Shown here: piece after piece, positions 24,715-38,592 of the stretch
Layout of the letters: each line of letters begins with the position of its first letter
How positions within the stretch are numbered: position 1 is the stretch's first letter
From: Laetmonice hystrix
Lineage: Eukaryota
Reading direction: 5' to 3'
NCBI GenBank assembly: GCA_965235115.1
Contig: OZ249440.1
Coordinates: 32,986,001-33,050,000, forward strand
Length of the DNA stretch: 64,000 bases
Notes under the pieces: generated by a model
The model's database searches: none
What the model saw: only the letters and a program-made list of their open reading frames with translations
What the model was told of the DNA's origin: nothing
Made by a program: the position numbers and the translations under genes

Positions 24715-27470
24715 TTTGGTTCAGAAGTGTAAAAATGGCGACAAACTCGCAAAAAGGGGAATTTAAAGTGTATGCTCCTTATAAAAGTTGGGGAACACAT
24801 GCTTTCTGAGTTGTTACAGAGAGAGGACATTGATAAGTTCTATCTCCAAACAGGTATTTAAGAGTTTAATAAAAGGTGAAGCACCGCAGATAACGTACAA
24901 GAACAGTACCAACAGCAGTTGGGCATAACTAGAATAGAAAAGTATATTGAAGAGGTAGCTGATTTCCGTTGAAAAGCCGTTGAAATACACGTTAAAGCTG
25001 TAGAAATGAGGCTCCGCATATTTCAATGAATAGTTCAGGGGAAAGAGCAGGTAAAGCAAAGTTGCGAGTTAACTTTACCAAAGTTCAAAGGAGACATTCT
25101 TTAATGGCAATCATTTGAAGATGAATTTGTGGCTCTCCTAGATAAATCTGAAATGTCAAGAATTAGTAAATTCGAATTACTGGTGTTTATCAGAATGTCA
25201 CTATGAGATAGCATATGAACTGCTTCTTAAAAGGTATGGCAGGATAGAGCTGGTTATTTTCGCACGCGTGCAGGAACTATTGAACCTCTCACCCCTCGGT
25301 ATGCATTCTTCAATTAGGTAACTATGAATGTTACATGACATGCTTTGGAGTGCACAGTCTAAGTATTGCTAGTAAAGAGTATGCTGTCATATTTACTCCC
25401 TTGGTTGTTTCTCACATACCTGCGAATGCAATACAATTATGCTGGAATGCGCCAGAGACAGTGAAGGATGTGAAGATGATCTATAATGGTAGTTACTGGC
25501 ATTTTTACCACAGAAATAGAGAGTAGAGAAAGGTACATTTAGGTCTTTTAAAGACAGATACTAACGCTCAATCCATATCATGTAAAGTTGGTAGGATTTT
25601 CACAGCTACTGAGATACAAACAATGCCCGGGAAGACTGACAAGGCCAACGGTAATTGTCCTGTGTGTAAAAGATCACATTCAACATGTAAATATTCAAAT
25701 TTTGTTCGGTGTAACCTGGCTGATTGCAAGAAAGGACAAAATAGAGTTTGTTTTTCTGCTGTTTAGGTAAAGGTCCCCTGGCAAAGGATTGTGGTAAAAC
25801 CTTTCCAGACAAACTAGAACAATCTGAACAATTATGAATTAAGGGTCTAGTATTATAACAGAATCTTTTAAGCCTAGATACCTTTTTTTTATCATTAAGA
25901 GATCGACAGTTCTCTGGTTCAAACGAAACGACTTGTATTCCGTTTGATAGCTCAGTTGTTGATTTAACTACTGGCTCTAATCACCCCATATATATCAGGT
26001 GATCGTTGAAGTGTTTCTTTCAACATTTGTAGAAGTTAGCACTCGACTGGGATGGACAAGTGCTTGTTGAGTTTAGTACTGTAATTACATTTTGGAGATG
26101 TGTCGGAGAGGATGTCGAAAGTAAAAGGTTTAAACGGTAACAGTTCAGTGTCTGGACGGTCTACTCTGTTTAAATTGTCTCCATATATTCAATAGCGAAC
26201 GTGTACTGGGTGTGTGGTAGACTTGACTTCTCAAAATTGACATACGAAGAAAACCACCCCATTATTGTACCCAAAGGTCATTTAGCATATTTCATAGTGG
26301 TGTTCAAACATCACCTTCTGAACCATCCTACTATAAATCTACTACTGAGAACTTTGTGAGGTACATTTTAGAGTGTAGCTTTGTCATGCATTGCAAAGAC
26401 TCTAAAGCGTCAGTGTATTATGCGTCCAAATGGAACATTATATTTTGTACTCGGCCAATGGCTCCGTTACCAGATGTAAGAGTCAACCCTACGATACCTT
26501 TTTCAGTTATTGCCATAGACCATGCTGGTACTTTGTATTGTGCAGATTTTCCAGGTAAAAAATTCCATATACTGATTACATGTGCTGTCGGGTATACATT
26601 TAATCCCTGTTTACATTGCCAAAAATTAAAGCTGCTCGGTCCGGACCAAGAACAGTACCCCTAAAAAGCTGTCAATGTAAATCTGCCATTCCAGACCCAA
26701 AGTGGACTGGACCTAGACACAAGGAAGGAGTTGGTCTCCGTCTGGACCGAGGACGGTGTAAATGTGTCACACAGCATACCACACCCAGCTGCAATTTGTC
26801 CTTCACCTTTTATGTCTATCATGGACGCCTACATGTCGTAATGCATGCCATATTTACCTCCAATGAGAGGAGATGGAATTTTTCAGTTATTCTTCAGTTT
26901 TTAGGCGACTCATCGTCCCGGTCAACATAGAAACTGTGTAATGTAAACTGGACCACGCATTTGGACCCAGTCCACTTGAACTGAACCACAATGAAAACAG
27001 GGCTATCCAGTTAGTCAATACTCTGATGTGGACGATTGTATATGTGCACTGCAGAGATTAGTGCCCAGTAGAGACTTACCAGCTATCATCTACTCAGACA
27101 ATGCTCAATCCTTTGTAGCTGCTAAGAATATCTTGTTGAACACATACATACCAGGGTATCCCGAGTACAGGTGTATTCCCTCACGCTCCCCATGGTGGGA
27201 GAGAGGTAGGAAAGATTGGTGAAGTCACCTAAGCTAAGTCAGCACTGAGAAAGTCTATTGGATTTAGATTTTTCACCGGAAATAAGCTCGAAACCACTTT
27301 AGTAGAAATCAAACTGTGTGGCAACTCGAGACCACTAACGTTTGTGCCAAATTCACCCATACACAGGAGTCCTCTAACTCCTGCATATATATCTTTCTGA
27401 CTGGAAAGAACTGTATGTATGATGTACCAGGAAATATAGTTCATTAAGTGCTGACAAAAGACACGTTCAT
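24715..27470 (+). mobile_element. Highly decayed BEL/Pao LTR retrotransposon internal region (gag and integrase)
   Basis: PBS-like TGGTTCAGAAGTG; gag LPKFKGDIL*WQSF; knuckle remnants; integrase PMAPLPDVRV...PFSVIAIDHAG, LITCAV, PAIIYSDNAQSF, SPWW, NSRPLTFV; many stops and deletions. Confidence 0.8.
26602..27005. mobile_element. MITE inserted in the BEL integrase
   Basis: CCCTGTTTACATTG / CAATGAAAACAGGG inverted ends; integrase homology resumes after it. Confidence 0.6.
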
Positions 27471-27694
27471 AGAAAGAAAGGTACTACAGAACAATTTTTT
27501 TTAAAATTTGCATTAAGACCGTACGCACTTGATATGCAGAGCTGATGCAGTGTTTTTGCAATTGAAATATTAAACATGGATACTGTTAAGATGTTTTGTT
27601 TTTTTCTCATATATAATGCATATTTTCAAATGCCCTCACTGGAAAACGCTAATGGGACATCAGCTCAGAAATAAGTGACTCATCAATATTTATG

Positions 27695-27738
27695 GGGGAT
27701 GGGATATAAGATGTTGGCCTTGGCCACATCGGCGCTAG
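27695..27738 (+). other. Helentron-type 3' terminus (subTIR, hairpin, CTAG)
   Basis: GGGGATGGGAT, hairpin GATGTTGGCC-TT-GGCCACATC, then CTAG|TT. Confidence 0.75.
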
Positions 27739-29604
27739 TTATTATTTTTTGCGTAGTAGTAGTAGTCGTAAACAGTACCTCTATCTCAGTCATTTTTCAA
27801 GATATCTCAATCAAATTTGGCAGTCAGCTTGACCATGACAAAGTCAGATCACACAATCAGTCATGACGTCACGTGACATCACGTCATGACGTCATGACGT
27901 CAAACGTGTTTGGGACATTGAAGGCCATTTTTGAAGTTCATATTTGGAATTTCCAAGATCTATCATGGCCTTATGATGAGGCAAGGGTCTAGCCTAAAAG
28001 TGACCCTTCATTTGACCTTTGACCTTTGACCTTAGGGAGAACTGGGTCCTTGGTCACAAATCGGTTAAATCGCTACTTCTTCATCATTTATTGGTAAAAT
28101 TTGACAATATTGGGCAGGAACACTCTCTAACAAGTGCTTTAATAGAATTATCCAGGGATACACGATTTGACCTATATTCGCGTGAATCACGTGACCTTAA
28201 AATTTTTAAAAGTGGCCAGTTTAGCTATCTATGGCTACAACTTCTAAGCAGTGCCAGATAGGGCCATAGTTACTATTGAACACGAATAGGAAGTCATATA
28301 TGCTCTTTCATTTGGCACCATTATTTTTCAGGTCACGTGACCTATGATGTCATAACGATGTCATCAATATTTTCTCAGGGCTATAACTTGTAAATGGTTG
28401 AAGATAGAGCCATAGTTACTATTAAACACTAATAGGAAGTCATATATGTTCTTTCACTTGACACCATTATTTTTCAGGTCACGTGACCTATGACGTCATA
28501 ATGATGTCAACCATGTTTTCTCACGGCCATCACTTGTAAATGGTTGAAGTTAGAGTCATACTTACTATTCAAGATGAATAGGAAGTCATATATGCTCTTT
28601 CATGTGGCACCATTATTATTTTAGGTCACGTGACCTGTGATGTCATAAAAATGTCATCCATATTTTCTCGGGGCTATAACTTGTAAATGGTTGAAGATAA
28701 AGCCATAGTTACTATTATACACTAATAGGAAGTCATATATCCTCTTTCACTTGACACCATTATTTTTCAGGTCACGTGACCTATGACGTCATAATGATGT
28801 TATCCATATTTTCGCAGAGCTATCACTTGTAAATGGTTGAAGTTAGAGTCATAGTTACTATTTAAGACGAATAGGAAGTCATATATGCTCTTTCATTTGG
28901 CACCGTTATTTTTCAGGTCACGTGACCTATGATGTCATAACGATGTCATCACTATTTTCTCAGGGTTCTGACTTGAAAATTGTTGAAGTTAGAGCCATAG
29001 TTTCTATTAAGCACTAATAGGAAATAATATATGCTCTTTCCTTTGACACTATTATTTTTAGGTCACGTGACCTATGACGTCATAATGTCATCCTTATTTG
29101 CTCAGAGCTATAACTTGTAAATGGTTCAAGTTAGAGCCATAGTCACTATTAAACACTAATAGGAAGTCATATATGCTCTTTCATTTCGTACCATTATTTT
29201 TTACATCACGTGACCTATGACGTCATTAATGATGTCATCCATATTTTCTCAGGGCTATAACTTGTAAATGGTTGAAGTTAGAGCCATAGTTACTATTAAA
29301 CGCTAATAGGAAGTCATATGTGCTCTTTCATTTGACACTATTATTTTTCAGGTCACGTGACCTATCAGGTGATAATGACATCATCTATATTTTCTTATTT
29401 TTCTGAGGGTTATAACTTGTAAATGGTTGAAGTTAGAGCTATACCTACTATTAAACACTAACACTGACAGGAAGCAATATATATGCTCTTTCATTTTACA
29501 CCATCATTTTGAATAGCCTTAGCTCTCTCTACTAAATCAGAACATGGTAGACAGGACCCCCCAGGGGATGGGATCCATTGTGGTTATCACCGCAACGGGT
29601 CTAG
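27739..29604 (+). mobile_element. HINE unit 1 (lacks the 5' head)
   Basis: Starts at TTATTATTTTTTGCGTAGTAG; ends CCATTGTGGTTATCACCGCAACGGGTCTAG. Confidence 0.8.
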
Positions 29605-30410
29605 TTATCCCATCCCCTATCCAGGGGATGGGATCTAGAAATTGTGTGGTTTCGTCTTTCCTATTATTATTATCCCTTCCCCCGATAGGGGAAGGGATCT
29701 TGAAATTGTCTGGTTTCGTCTTCCTTATTTTTATGCCTGTAGTAGTAGTAGTAGTAGTAGTAGTAGTCGTAGTCGTAGTAGTCGTAAACCTATACGTATA
29801 TCTCAGTCATTTTTCAAGATATCTCAATGAAACTTGGGCTACGTCTTCACGATGACAAACTCTGATCTCATGGTGCGTCATGACGTCACGTAACGTCACG
29901 TCATGACGTCATGACGTGAAACGTGTTGTGTACATTAAAGCTCATTTTTGAACCTCATCTTGGGAATTTCGAAAATCCGTCATGGCATTTTAGTCGGGCA
30001 AGGGTGCTGCATAAGTCTGACCCTTCATTTGACCTTTGACCTTTGAACTTAGAGAGACCTGGTCCCTAGCTCGTAAATCGGTTAAATCATTACTTCTTCC
30101 CCATTTTTGGATAAATCTTGACAATATTTCGCAGAGGCACTCTCTAGGGACGGCTCCAACAGATTCCTCGGTGGATAAGCGATTTGACCTATTTTCGCTG
30201 AACCACGTGACCTGAAAGTTTTGAACTTGGGCTTGACTTAGGTCATTTCGAAGATTCTGTGCTGTAACTCTTGAATGATTTGAGACAGAGCCATAATTCT
30301 TAATGAACCTTAGAAAGTTTTATGTCTACTTTAATTAGGTACCATATTTTTTGTGCCACGTGACTTGTGACGTCATCTACAACGTCATCTACAACGTCAT
30401 CTCTTTCTTA
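29605..30410 (+). mobile_element. Orphan HINE head (29605-~29668) followed by truncated unit 2 of a divergent subfamily
   Basis: Two successive heads, ATCCCATCCCC..GGGGATGGGAT and ATCCCTTCCCC..GGGGAAGGGAT, then (GTA)n and core. Confidence 0.7.
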
Positions 30411-31499
30411 ATTTGGGGCACGTCTCAACTACAGGACAATAAGCTCAGCGTTTTAATATTTACACGGTGTGGACTTTAAACTATCTACTTTAAGATAATA
30501 TAAATTTCAATTGGCAAAATATATAATTAACAATACGGAGATCAATTATATAAGAGAAGGTCGTGAAGAGAGACAGGTAATTTGACCACTGATCGAGTGA
30601 CCTAGAAACCTGGTTTCGTGAGTGATGTCGGGGCCTCGCTTGGTGTCCGCGTGATGGGCCGACTGTGGACGCTGAGCCTATCGCCCTCTGTATTAATAAG
30701 TATCTAATATTTCTGCCTAAAACTATGGGGAGTACTTCAAGTAGATATTTAGCGCAATGTCAGGCAACTTTGAAGAGGAGATTCCAAGTCTCGGAATGGA
30801 ACTCGCCATGTGAAGACCGAAGCTATTTACTAACAAAACTCAGTTAAATCCAATGGCGTTCTCCATAGTAAGTCCACACTGCAGAGAGTGAGTGGTGTAT
30901 GCTGTATATTTCGTCATTAAACGTGAAATATAGCTGTAAATTATCTGTAGCCGAATGACTGGCAATTGTAAAGGGGAGAAACATAATATTTTTCAAATTC
31001 AGTCGAAAAACAACATCAAAACGAAAACAGCAAATGACTTGATGGGGAATCGAACGCCAGACCTGTCGCACATCAAGCATATACTTTTCTGAAGAGCTAT
31101 GACTTTCTGCTTAATGCATGGCTTTGAATTGCTACTGCTGCCTGTCTTTGTAAATATTTAATGTAGACTTTTGCTTTGAAAGTCGATGTATAGATTAAAC
31201 ATTTATAGCTTCTTGTGTGTAACGTTTTAAAAAGTATGGCTGCGTTTTGGCTAAGGAAATGGCTAGAGTAAGAAATCAAAAACCCATCTTGTTAGCACAC
31301 AATCAACCGTGGGGGGGGGGGGGGGGGGCGAAGTTTGACACCAGGTAGCAGCACGTCTCAACTATACACTGTCCTCACGCTAGGGGGCTGGGCCCTGGCG
31401 GTGGCAACTGGAGTGAGCAGTGCTACTATAAGATACAATCCCTGACCCTGTTCCTTTGCCTCCATCGAGGTTGTGAATAAACATATTGTATTGTATTGG

Positions 31500-33905
31500 A
31501 TGGAGAATATCTGGGCCAGGGATGGTCACATATCAATATGTCGGCTAAATATTATATTTTATCGGGGACCCCCTTCCTCCCACATGGCGATATGTGGCAG
31601 CCCATGACCCGGGATATTGCCGGGGGGGGGGGGGGGGGGGGGGGGGGGTGCGACCAGGTGCTAAACTTTGAAACAAGAGAAATGGCATGTGACATTGAAT
31701 TTGGGTCATAGCCATTTTTGAGAAACAAATGACTGTAACTCTGAAACGGTATTATAGAGCCATGGTTACTACTCAACATGAATAGTAAGTCTTAAATACT
31801 CTTGCAATAGGGCGTTTAAGTATGTCACGAGAATTCAAGAGATTTCGCGTTAGCGGGACAAGGAGCAAATAGCCTCGCTGGTTTAACACTGGGATGGCCA
31901 TAGGGAACAGTGACAGTCAACTTTGAAATATTTTCATTCTGCAGTCAAGTCGCTGTTAATGTTGAGCGTTACAATACATCATTACCGGGATGTTTACTCT
32001 AGGATAAAGTTTGTTTTATAGTTTAGAAAGTTATATGGTGAATATACAGGCTGGTTTTTGTGAACCTGTCGGCCCTGTCAATGTTAATCCTATGGGAAAA
32101 TTTTTGACGTCACAATCGCTTGGCGCACTTTCGGCACTATCGTGAGCTGGTTTGAGGCTATTTAACGTCATTTGCATATCCAGGTCACGAGACTTAAACC
32201 CCCTATTGACACCAACATTTTTACCTATCGTGACGTATAAACTATGACGTCATAGTGACGTCATTCACATTTTCTAAGGATTTTCAGTGGTCTGTAAACG
32301 GTGCTAGATAGGACCATAATTATTATTAAACACGAATAGGAACTCATAGATGCTCTTTCAAATGACACCAACATTTACGTCATATGACCTGACGTCATGA
32401 CGTTATTTGATGCTTTGGCAAGTACCTCATTGTACCACATTGTACCAGTCCCATGATCAGTTAGAGAAAATTCATTCATAGCACCCAGCTTGCCTCTCGA
32501 GGGGGAATCATTTTATTTATCAATTTGACCTCTGACCCTTGACCTTCTTGAGATCTAGGTTACAGGTCAAAATGTGACTATTTCGATACTCCTCTCACAA
32601 TTTTTGACAAATCGAGCCCAAATTGATACCAGGGAATCTCCATAGGATTCCCCAGAGGCCCGGGATCAGACTAGGTGTTGTGCCCTATTTTTAGCATACC
32701 ACGTACGTGACATCGAAATTGGGTCATAGCCATTTTTGAGAAACAAATGGCTGTAACTCTGAAACCGTTTAAGATAGAGCCATGGTTACTATTGAACATG
32801 AATAGGAAGTCATATATGCTCTTTCAATTGACACCAGGATTTATGACGTCATGTGACGTATAACGTCATAATGACGTCATTGGCATTTTCAGAGGCCTAT
32901 AACTCTTAAACTGTGCTAGATAGGGTCATAGGTACTATTGAACACGAATAGGATCTCATAGATGCTCTTTCAAATGACACCAAGATTTACGTCATATGAC
33001 GTGACGTCATGACGTAATTTGGTGTTTTGGGAAGTACCTCATTGTGCCTCATTTTACCAGTCCCATGATCAGAGAAAATTCATTCATAGCACTTAGCTTG
33101 CCACTTGAGAGGGAATAATTTTATTCATCAATTTGACCTCTGACCTTTGACCTTCTTGAAATCTAGGTCACAGCTCAAAATGTTACTAATTCGCCTGAAC
33201 TCCAACAATTTTTGACAAATCGTGCCCAAATTTATACCAGGGAATCTCCATGGGATTTCCCAGATCCCCGGGATCAGACTAAGGGCTGTGCACTATTTTT
33301 AGCATACCATGTGACATCGAAATTGGGTCATAGCCATTTTTGAGAAACAAATGGCGGTAACTCTGAAACGGTGTAAGATAGAGCCATGGTTAATATTGAA
33401 CATGAATAGGAAGTCATATATGCTCTTTCGAATGCCACCAACCTTTTTGACCTATCATCACGTATGACGTTATAATGACGTCATTGCCATTTTCTAAGGA
33501 TTTTCAGAGGCCTGTAACTCCTAAACGATGCTAGATACGATCATAGTTACTATTGAACCCGAATAGGAACTCATAGATGCTCTTTCAGTTGCCACCAAGA
33601 CTTATCACGTCGTGTGACGTATAACGTCATAATGACGTCATAATACACCAATGCCTTTTGTGCCATTGTTATAGCCATACTAATCGCCATGTCTGGTTTT
33701 GGCTAGGTACACGTCATGGCTAGGTACACGTCATGTAGTTGTACACGTCATGGCTAGGTGCACGTTATGTACATAAATGGGAAATGGGATCTGGTGTTGC
33801 CTAGCAACACCTATTGCCTCGTTATCATTATTATTTTATTATTGCTTCATTGTTCCTCGTCAGGGGAAGGGATCCCTGTATTGCTTTAGCAATCAGTCGG
33901 GCTAG
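31500..33905 (+). mobile_element. HINE-related unit 3 with ~603-bp internal repeats and two successive 3' termini
   Basis: GTGACAT.GAA.TTGGGTCATAGCCATTTTTGAGAAAC at ~31689, 32707 and 33311; termini at ~33779-33825 and 33862-33905. Confidence 0.65.
31809..32204. mobile_element. MITE with AT TSD (ISL2EU/PIF-like)
   Basis: TIR AGGGCGTTTAAGT / ACTTAAACCCCCT; AT duplicated within the host motif CAATTGACACC. Confidence 0.7.
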
Positions 33906-35877
33906 TTATCCCATCCCCCGTCAGGGGATGGGATCTTGAAATTGTCTGGTTTCGTCTTCCCTATTATTATTATTCTTTGCGTTGTAGTTGTAGTAGTAGT
34001 AGTAGTAGTAGTAAACATTTCGTTCTATCTCAGTCATTTTTCAAGATATCTCAATCAAACTTTGCTCAGATCTTGACCATGACAAAGTCAGGTCACACAA
34101 TCAATCATGACGTCACGTCACGTAACGTCATGACGTCATGACGTCAAACGTGTCTTGCACATTGGGGCCATTTTTTAAAAAGTCATATTCCAAATTTTTT
34201 AAAACTCATCATGGCGTTTTAATCAGGCAAAGGTCCTGTGTCAAGTTGACCCTTCATTTGACCTTTGACCTTTGACCTTAAGGAAAACTGGCTACTGGGT
34301 CAGAATCGGGTTGAATCGCTACCCCTTCCCCATTTCTTGGAAAAATTCGACAATATCTGGCATTACCACTCTACATCGAAAGGTTCAAAACATACAAAGA
34401 GGGATTATCGATTTGACCTATATTTACTGAACCACGTGACCTTAAAGTTTTCAACAGAGGTCAGTTTAGATATTTATGGGTATAACTTGTAAACGGTGTC
34501 AGATAGGGTCATAGTTACTATTGAACATGAATAGGAAGTCATATATGGGCTTTCATTTGACATCATTATTTTGTAGGTCACGTGACCTATGACGTCATAA
34601 CCACGTCACCTATATTTTCCCAGGGCCATAACTTGTAAATGGTTGAAGATAGAGCCATAGTTACTATTAAACACTAATAGGAAGTCATATATGATCTTTC
34701 ATTATACACCTTCATTTTCCAGGTCACGTGACCTATGACGTCATAAGAATGTCATTGACATTTTTTCAGGGCTTTAACTTGTAAACGGTGCCAGATAGAG
34801 CCATAGTTACTCTTGAACACGAATAGGAAGTCATATATGGTCTTTCATTTGACACCATTATTTTGGAGGTCACGTGACCTATGACGTCATAAACGTCACC
34901 TATATTTCCCAGGGCCATAACTTGTAAATGGTTGGAGATAGAGCCATAGTTACTATTAAACACTAATAGGAAGTCATATATACTCATTCATTATACACCT
35001 TCATTTTCCAGGTCACGTGACCTATGACGTCAGAGCAAGGGCGCCAATATGTTCTCAGGTCTATAACTTGTAAATGGTTGGGGATAGAGCCATAGTTACT
35101 ATTAAACACTAATAGGAAGTCATATATGCTCTTTCATTATACACCTTCATTTTCCAGGTCACGTGACCTATGACGTCATAAGGATGTCATTGACATTTTC
35201 TCAGGGCTATAACTTGTAAACTGTGCCAGATAGAGCCATAGTTACTCTTGAACACGAATAGGAAGTCATATATGGTCTTTCATTTGGCACCATTGTTTTG
35301 TAAGTCACGTGACCCATGATGTCTTAACGATGTCACCTATATTTTCCAGGGCCATAACTTGTTAATGGTTGCAGATAGAGCCATAGTTACTATTAAACAC
35401 TAATAGGAAGTCATATATACTCCTTCATTATACACCTTCATTTTCCAGGTCACGTGACTTATTGGAGCAAGGTCGCCAATATTTTCCCAGGGCTATAACT
35501 TGTAAACTGTGCCAGATAGGGCCATAGTTACTATTGGACACGAATAGGAAGTCATATATGATATTTCATTTGGCACCATTGTTTTGTACGTTACGTGACC
35601 TATGACGTCATAAGGAGGTCAGCTATATATTCCCTGGGCTATAACTTGTAAATGGTTGAAGATGCAGCCATAGTTACTATGACGTCATAACGATGTCATA
35701 AATATTCTCTCAGGGTCATAACTTGACACCTTACCTGGCACTTCCCAAACACCACTGCCTATTACAGATGTGTCGGGAAGTGTCTGCCTTGAACGTAACT
35801 CTACTCAAACTCAATATCAGAAAGGACATGTCACCCCGGGGATGGGATCCATCGTGGTCTCGCCACGACATGACTAG
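33906..35877 (+). mobile_element. HINE unit 4 (complete)
   Basis: Head ATCCCATCCCCCGTCAGGGGATGGGAT; end ATCGTGGTCTCGCCACGACATGACTAG. Confidence 0.82.
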
Positions 35878-37415
35878 TTATCCCATCCCCTATCCAGGGG
35901 ATGGGATTTAGAAATTGTGTGGTTTCGTCTTCCCTATTATTATTATTATCCCATCCCCTATCCAGGGGATGGGATTTAGAAATTGTGTGGTTTCGTCTTC
36001 CCTATTATTATTATTTTTTGCGTTGTAGTAGTAGTAGTTGTAAACAGTACCTCCATCTCAGTCATTTTTTAAGATATCTCAATCAAACTTGGCAGAGATC
36101 TTGATCATGACAAAATCAGATCACACAATCAGTCATGACGTCACGTGACATCACGTCATGACGTCATGACGTCAAGCGTGTTTGGGATATTGAGGACCAT
36201 TTTCAAAGTTCATATTTGGAATTTCCAAGATCTATCATGGCGTTATGATCAGGCAAGGGTCTAGCCTAAAACTGACCCTTCATTTGACCTTTGACCATTG
36301 ACCTTAGGGAGAACTGGGTCCTAGGTCACAAATCGGTTAAATCGCTTCTTCTTCTTAATTTTTTGGTAAAATTTGATAATATTGGACAGGAACACTCTCT
36401 AACAAGGGTTTTAATAGAATCATCCAAAGATAAGCGATTTGACCTATATTCGATGAATCACGTGACGTTGAAGTTTTCAACAGTGGCCAGTTTAGCTATC
36501 TATGGCTATAACTTCTAAACAGTGCCAGTTAGGGCCATAGTTACTATTAAACACGAATAGGAAGTCATATATGCTCTTTCATTTGGCACCATTATTTTTT
36601 AGGTCACGTGACCTATGACGTCATAACGATGTCATCAATATTTTCTCAGGGCTATAACTTGTAAATGGTTGAAGATAGAGCCATAGTTACTATTAAACAC
36701 TAATAAGGAGTCATATATGCTCTATCAATTCGCACTATTATTTTTTAAATCACGTGACCTATGACGTCATAACGATGTCATCCATATTTTCTCAGGGCTA
36801 TAACTTCTAAACGGTGCCAGATAGGGCCATAGTTACTATTGAACACGAATAGGAAGTCATATATGCTCTTTCATTTGACACCATTATTTTTTAGGTCACG
36901 TGACCTGTGACGTCATAAGGATGTCATCGATATTTTCTCAGTAAATGGTTGAAGTTAGAGCCATAGTTACTATTAAACACTAATAGGAAGACATGCACCT
37001 TCATTTGCCGCCATTATTTTTAGGTCACGTGACGATGACGTCATAACGATGTCATCCAGATTTTTTCATGGTTATAACTTGTAAATCGTTGAAGTTCGAG
37101 CCATAGTTACTACTAGACACGAATAGGAAGTCACATAATTATGCTCTTTAGTTTGACACCATTATTTCTTCGGTCACGTGACCTGTGACGTCATAAGGAT
37201 GTCTTCGATATTTTGTCAGGGTTATAAGTTGTAAGTTAGAGCCATCGTTACTAGGAAGTCTTACATCCTCTTTCAGTTGACAGCAAGACTTATGACACAG
37301 CGCGATGTCATATATCATACTGATGTCATTGGTATCTTCCATCCCTACTCCTAACACGTAAGACAGGACACCCCGGGGATGGGATCCATTGTGGTTATCA
37401 CCGCAACGGGTCTAG
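35878..37415 (+). mobile_element. Orphan head (35878-~35946) plus complete HINE unit 5
   Basis: The ~69-bp head occurs twice in tandem; 3' end GCAACGGGTCTAG. Confidence 0.82.
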
Positions 37416-38592
37416 TTATCCCATCCCCTATCCAGGGGATGGGATTTAGAAATTGTGTGGTTTCGTCTTCCCTATTATTATTATTATTATTATTTTTTGC
37501 GTTGTAGTAGTAGTAGTAGTAGTAGTTGTAAACAGTACCTCTATCTCAGTCATTTTTCAAGATATCTCAATCAAACTTGGCAGAGATCTTGACCATGACA
37601 AAGTCAGGTCACACAATCAGTCATGCCGTCACGTGACGTCACGTCATGACGTCATAACGTCAAACGTGTTTGGGATATTGAGGGCCATTTTCAAAGTTCA
37701 TATTTGGAATTTCCAAGATCTATCATGGCGTTATGATCAGGCAAGGGTCTAGCCTAAAACTGACCCTTCATTTGACCTTTGACCTTAGGGAGAACTGGGT
37801 CCTAGGTCACAAATCGGTTAAATCGCTACTTCTTCTTAATTTTCTGGTAAAATTTGATAATATTGGACAGGAACACTCTCTAACAAGGGTTTTAATAGAA
37901 TCACCCAAAGATAAGCGATTTGACCTATATTCGATGAATCACGTGACCTTGAAGTTTTCAACAGTGGCCAGTTTAGCTATCTATGGCTATAACTTCTAAA
38001 CAGTTCAAGTTAGGGCCATAGTTACTATTGAACACGAATAGGAAGTCATGCTCTTTCATTTGGCACCATTATTTTTCAGGTCACGTGACCTATGACGTCA
38101 TCAATATCTTCTCAGGGCAATAACTTGTAAATGGTTGAAGATAGAGCCATAGTTACTATTAAACACTAATAGGAAGTCATATATGATCTTTCATTTGAAA
38201 CCATTATTTTTCAGGTCACGTGACCTATGACGTCATAATGATGTCATCCATATTTTCTCAGGGATATCACTTGTAAATGGTTGAAGTTAGAGTCATAGTT
38301 ACTATTGAAGACGAATAGGAAGTCATATATGTTCTTTCACTTGGCACCATTGCTTTTCAGGTCACGTGACCTATGACGTCATAACAATGTCATCAATATT
38401 TTCTCATAGCTATAAATTGCAAATGGTTGAAGTTAGAGTCATAGTTACTAATAAACACTAACACTAACAGATGCTCTTTCATTTGACACCATCATTTTGA
38501 ATAGCCATAGCATTCTCTATTAAATCAGAACATGGTAGACAGGACCCCCCAGGGGATGGGATCCATTGTGGTTATCACCGCAACGGGTCTAG
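37416..38592 (+). mobile_element. HINE unit 6 (complete, short repeat array)
   Basis: Head, core and 3' hairpin-CTAG all present. Confidence 0.82.

Noticed and set aside
31038..31090. tRNA gene on the minus strand (GTTCGATTCCCC B-box)
   Set aside because: No A-box or cloverleaf could be built; at most a decayed SINE fragment
30417..31364. 14-bp direct repeat GCACGTCTCAACTA as the TSD of an insertion
   Set aside because: The intervening sequence has no recognisable termini and the flanks do not rejoin into a known unit; unresolved
31310..31650. Poly-G tracts as functional G-quadruplex elements
   Set aside because: G/C homopolymers are common inside these repeat families, and their lengths are error-prone
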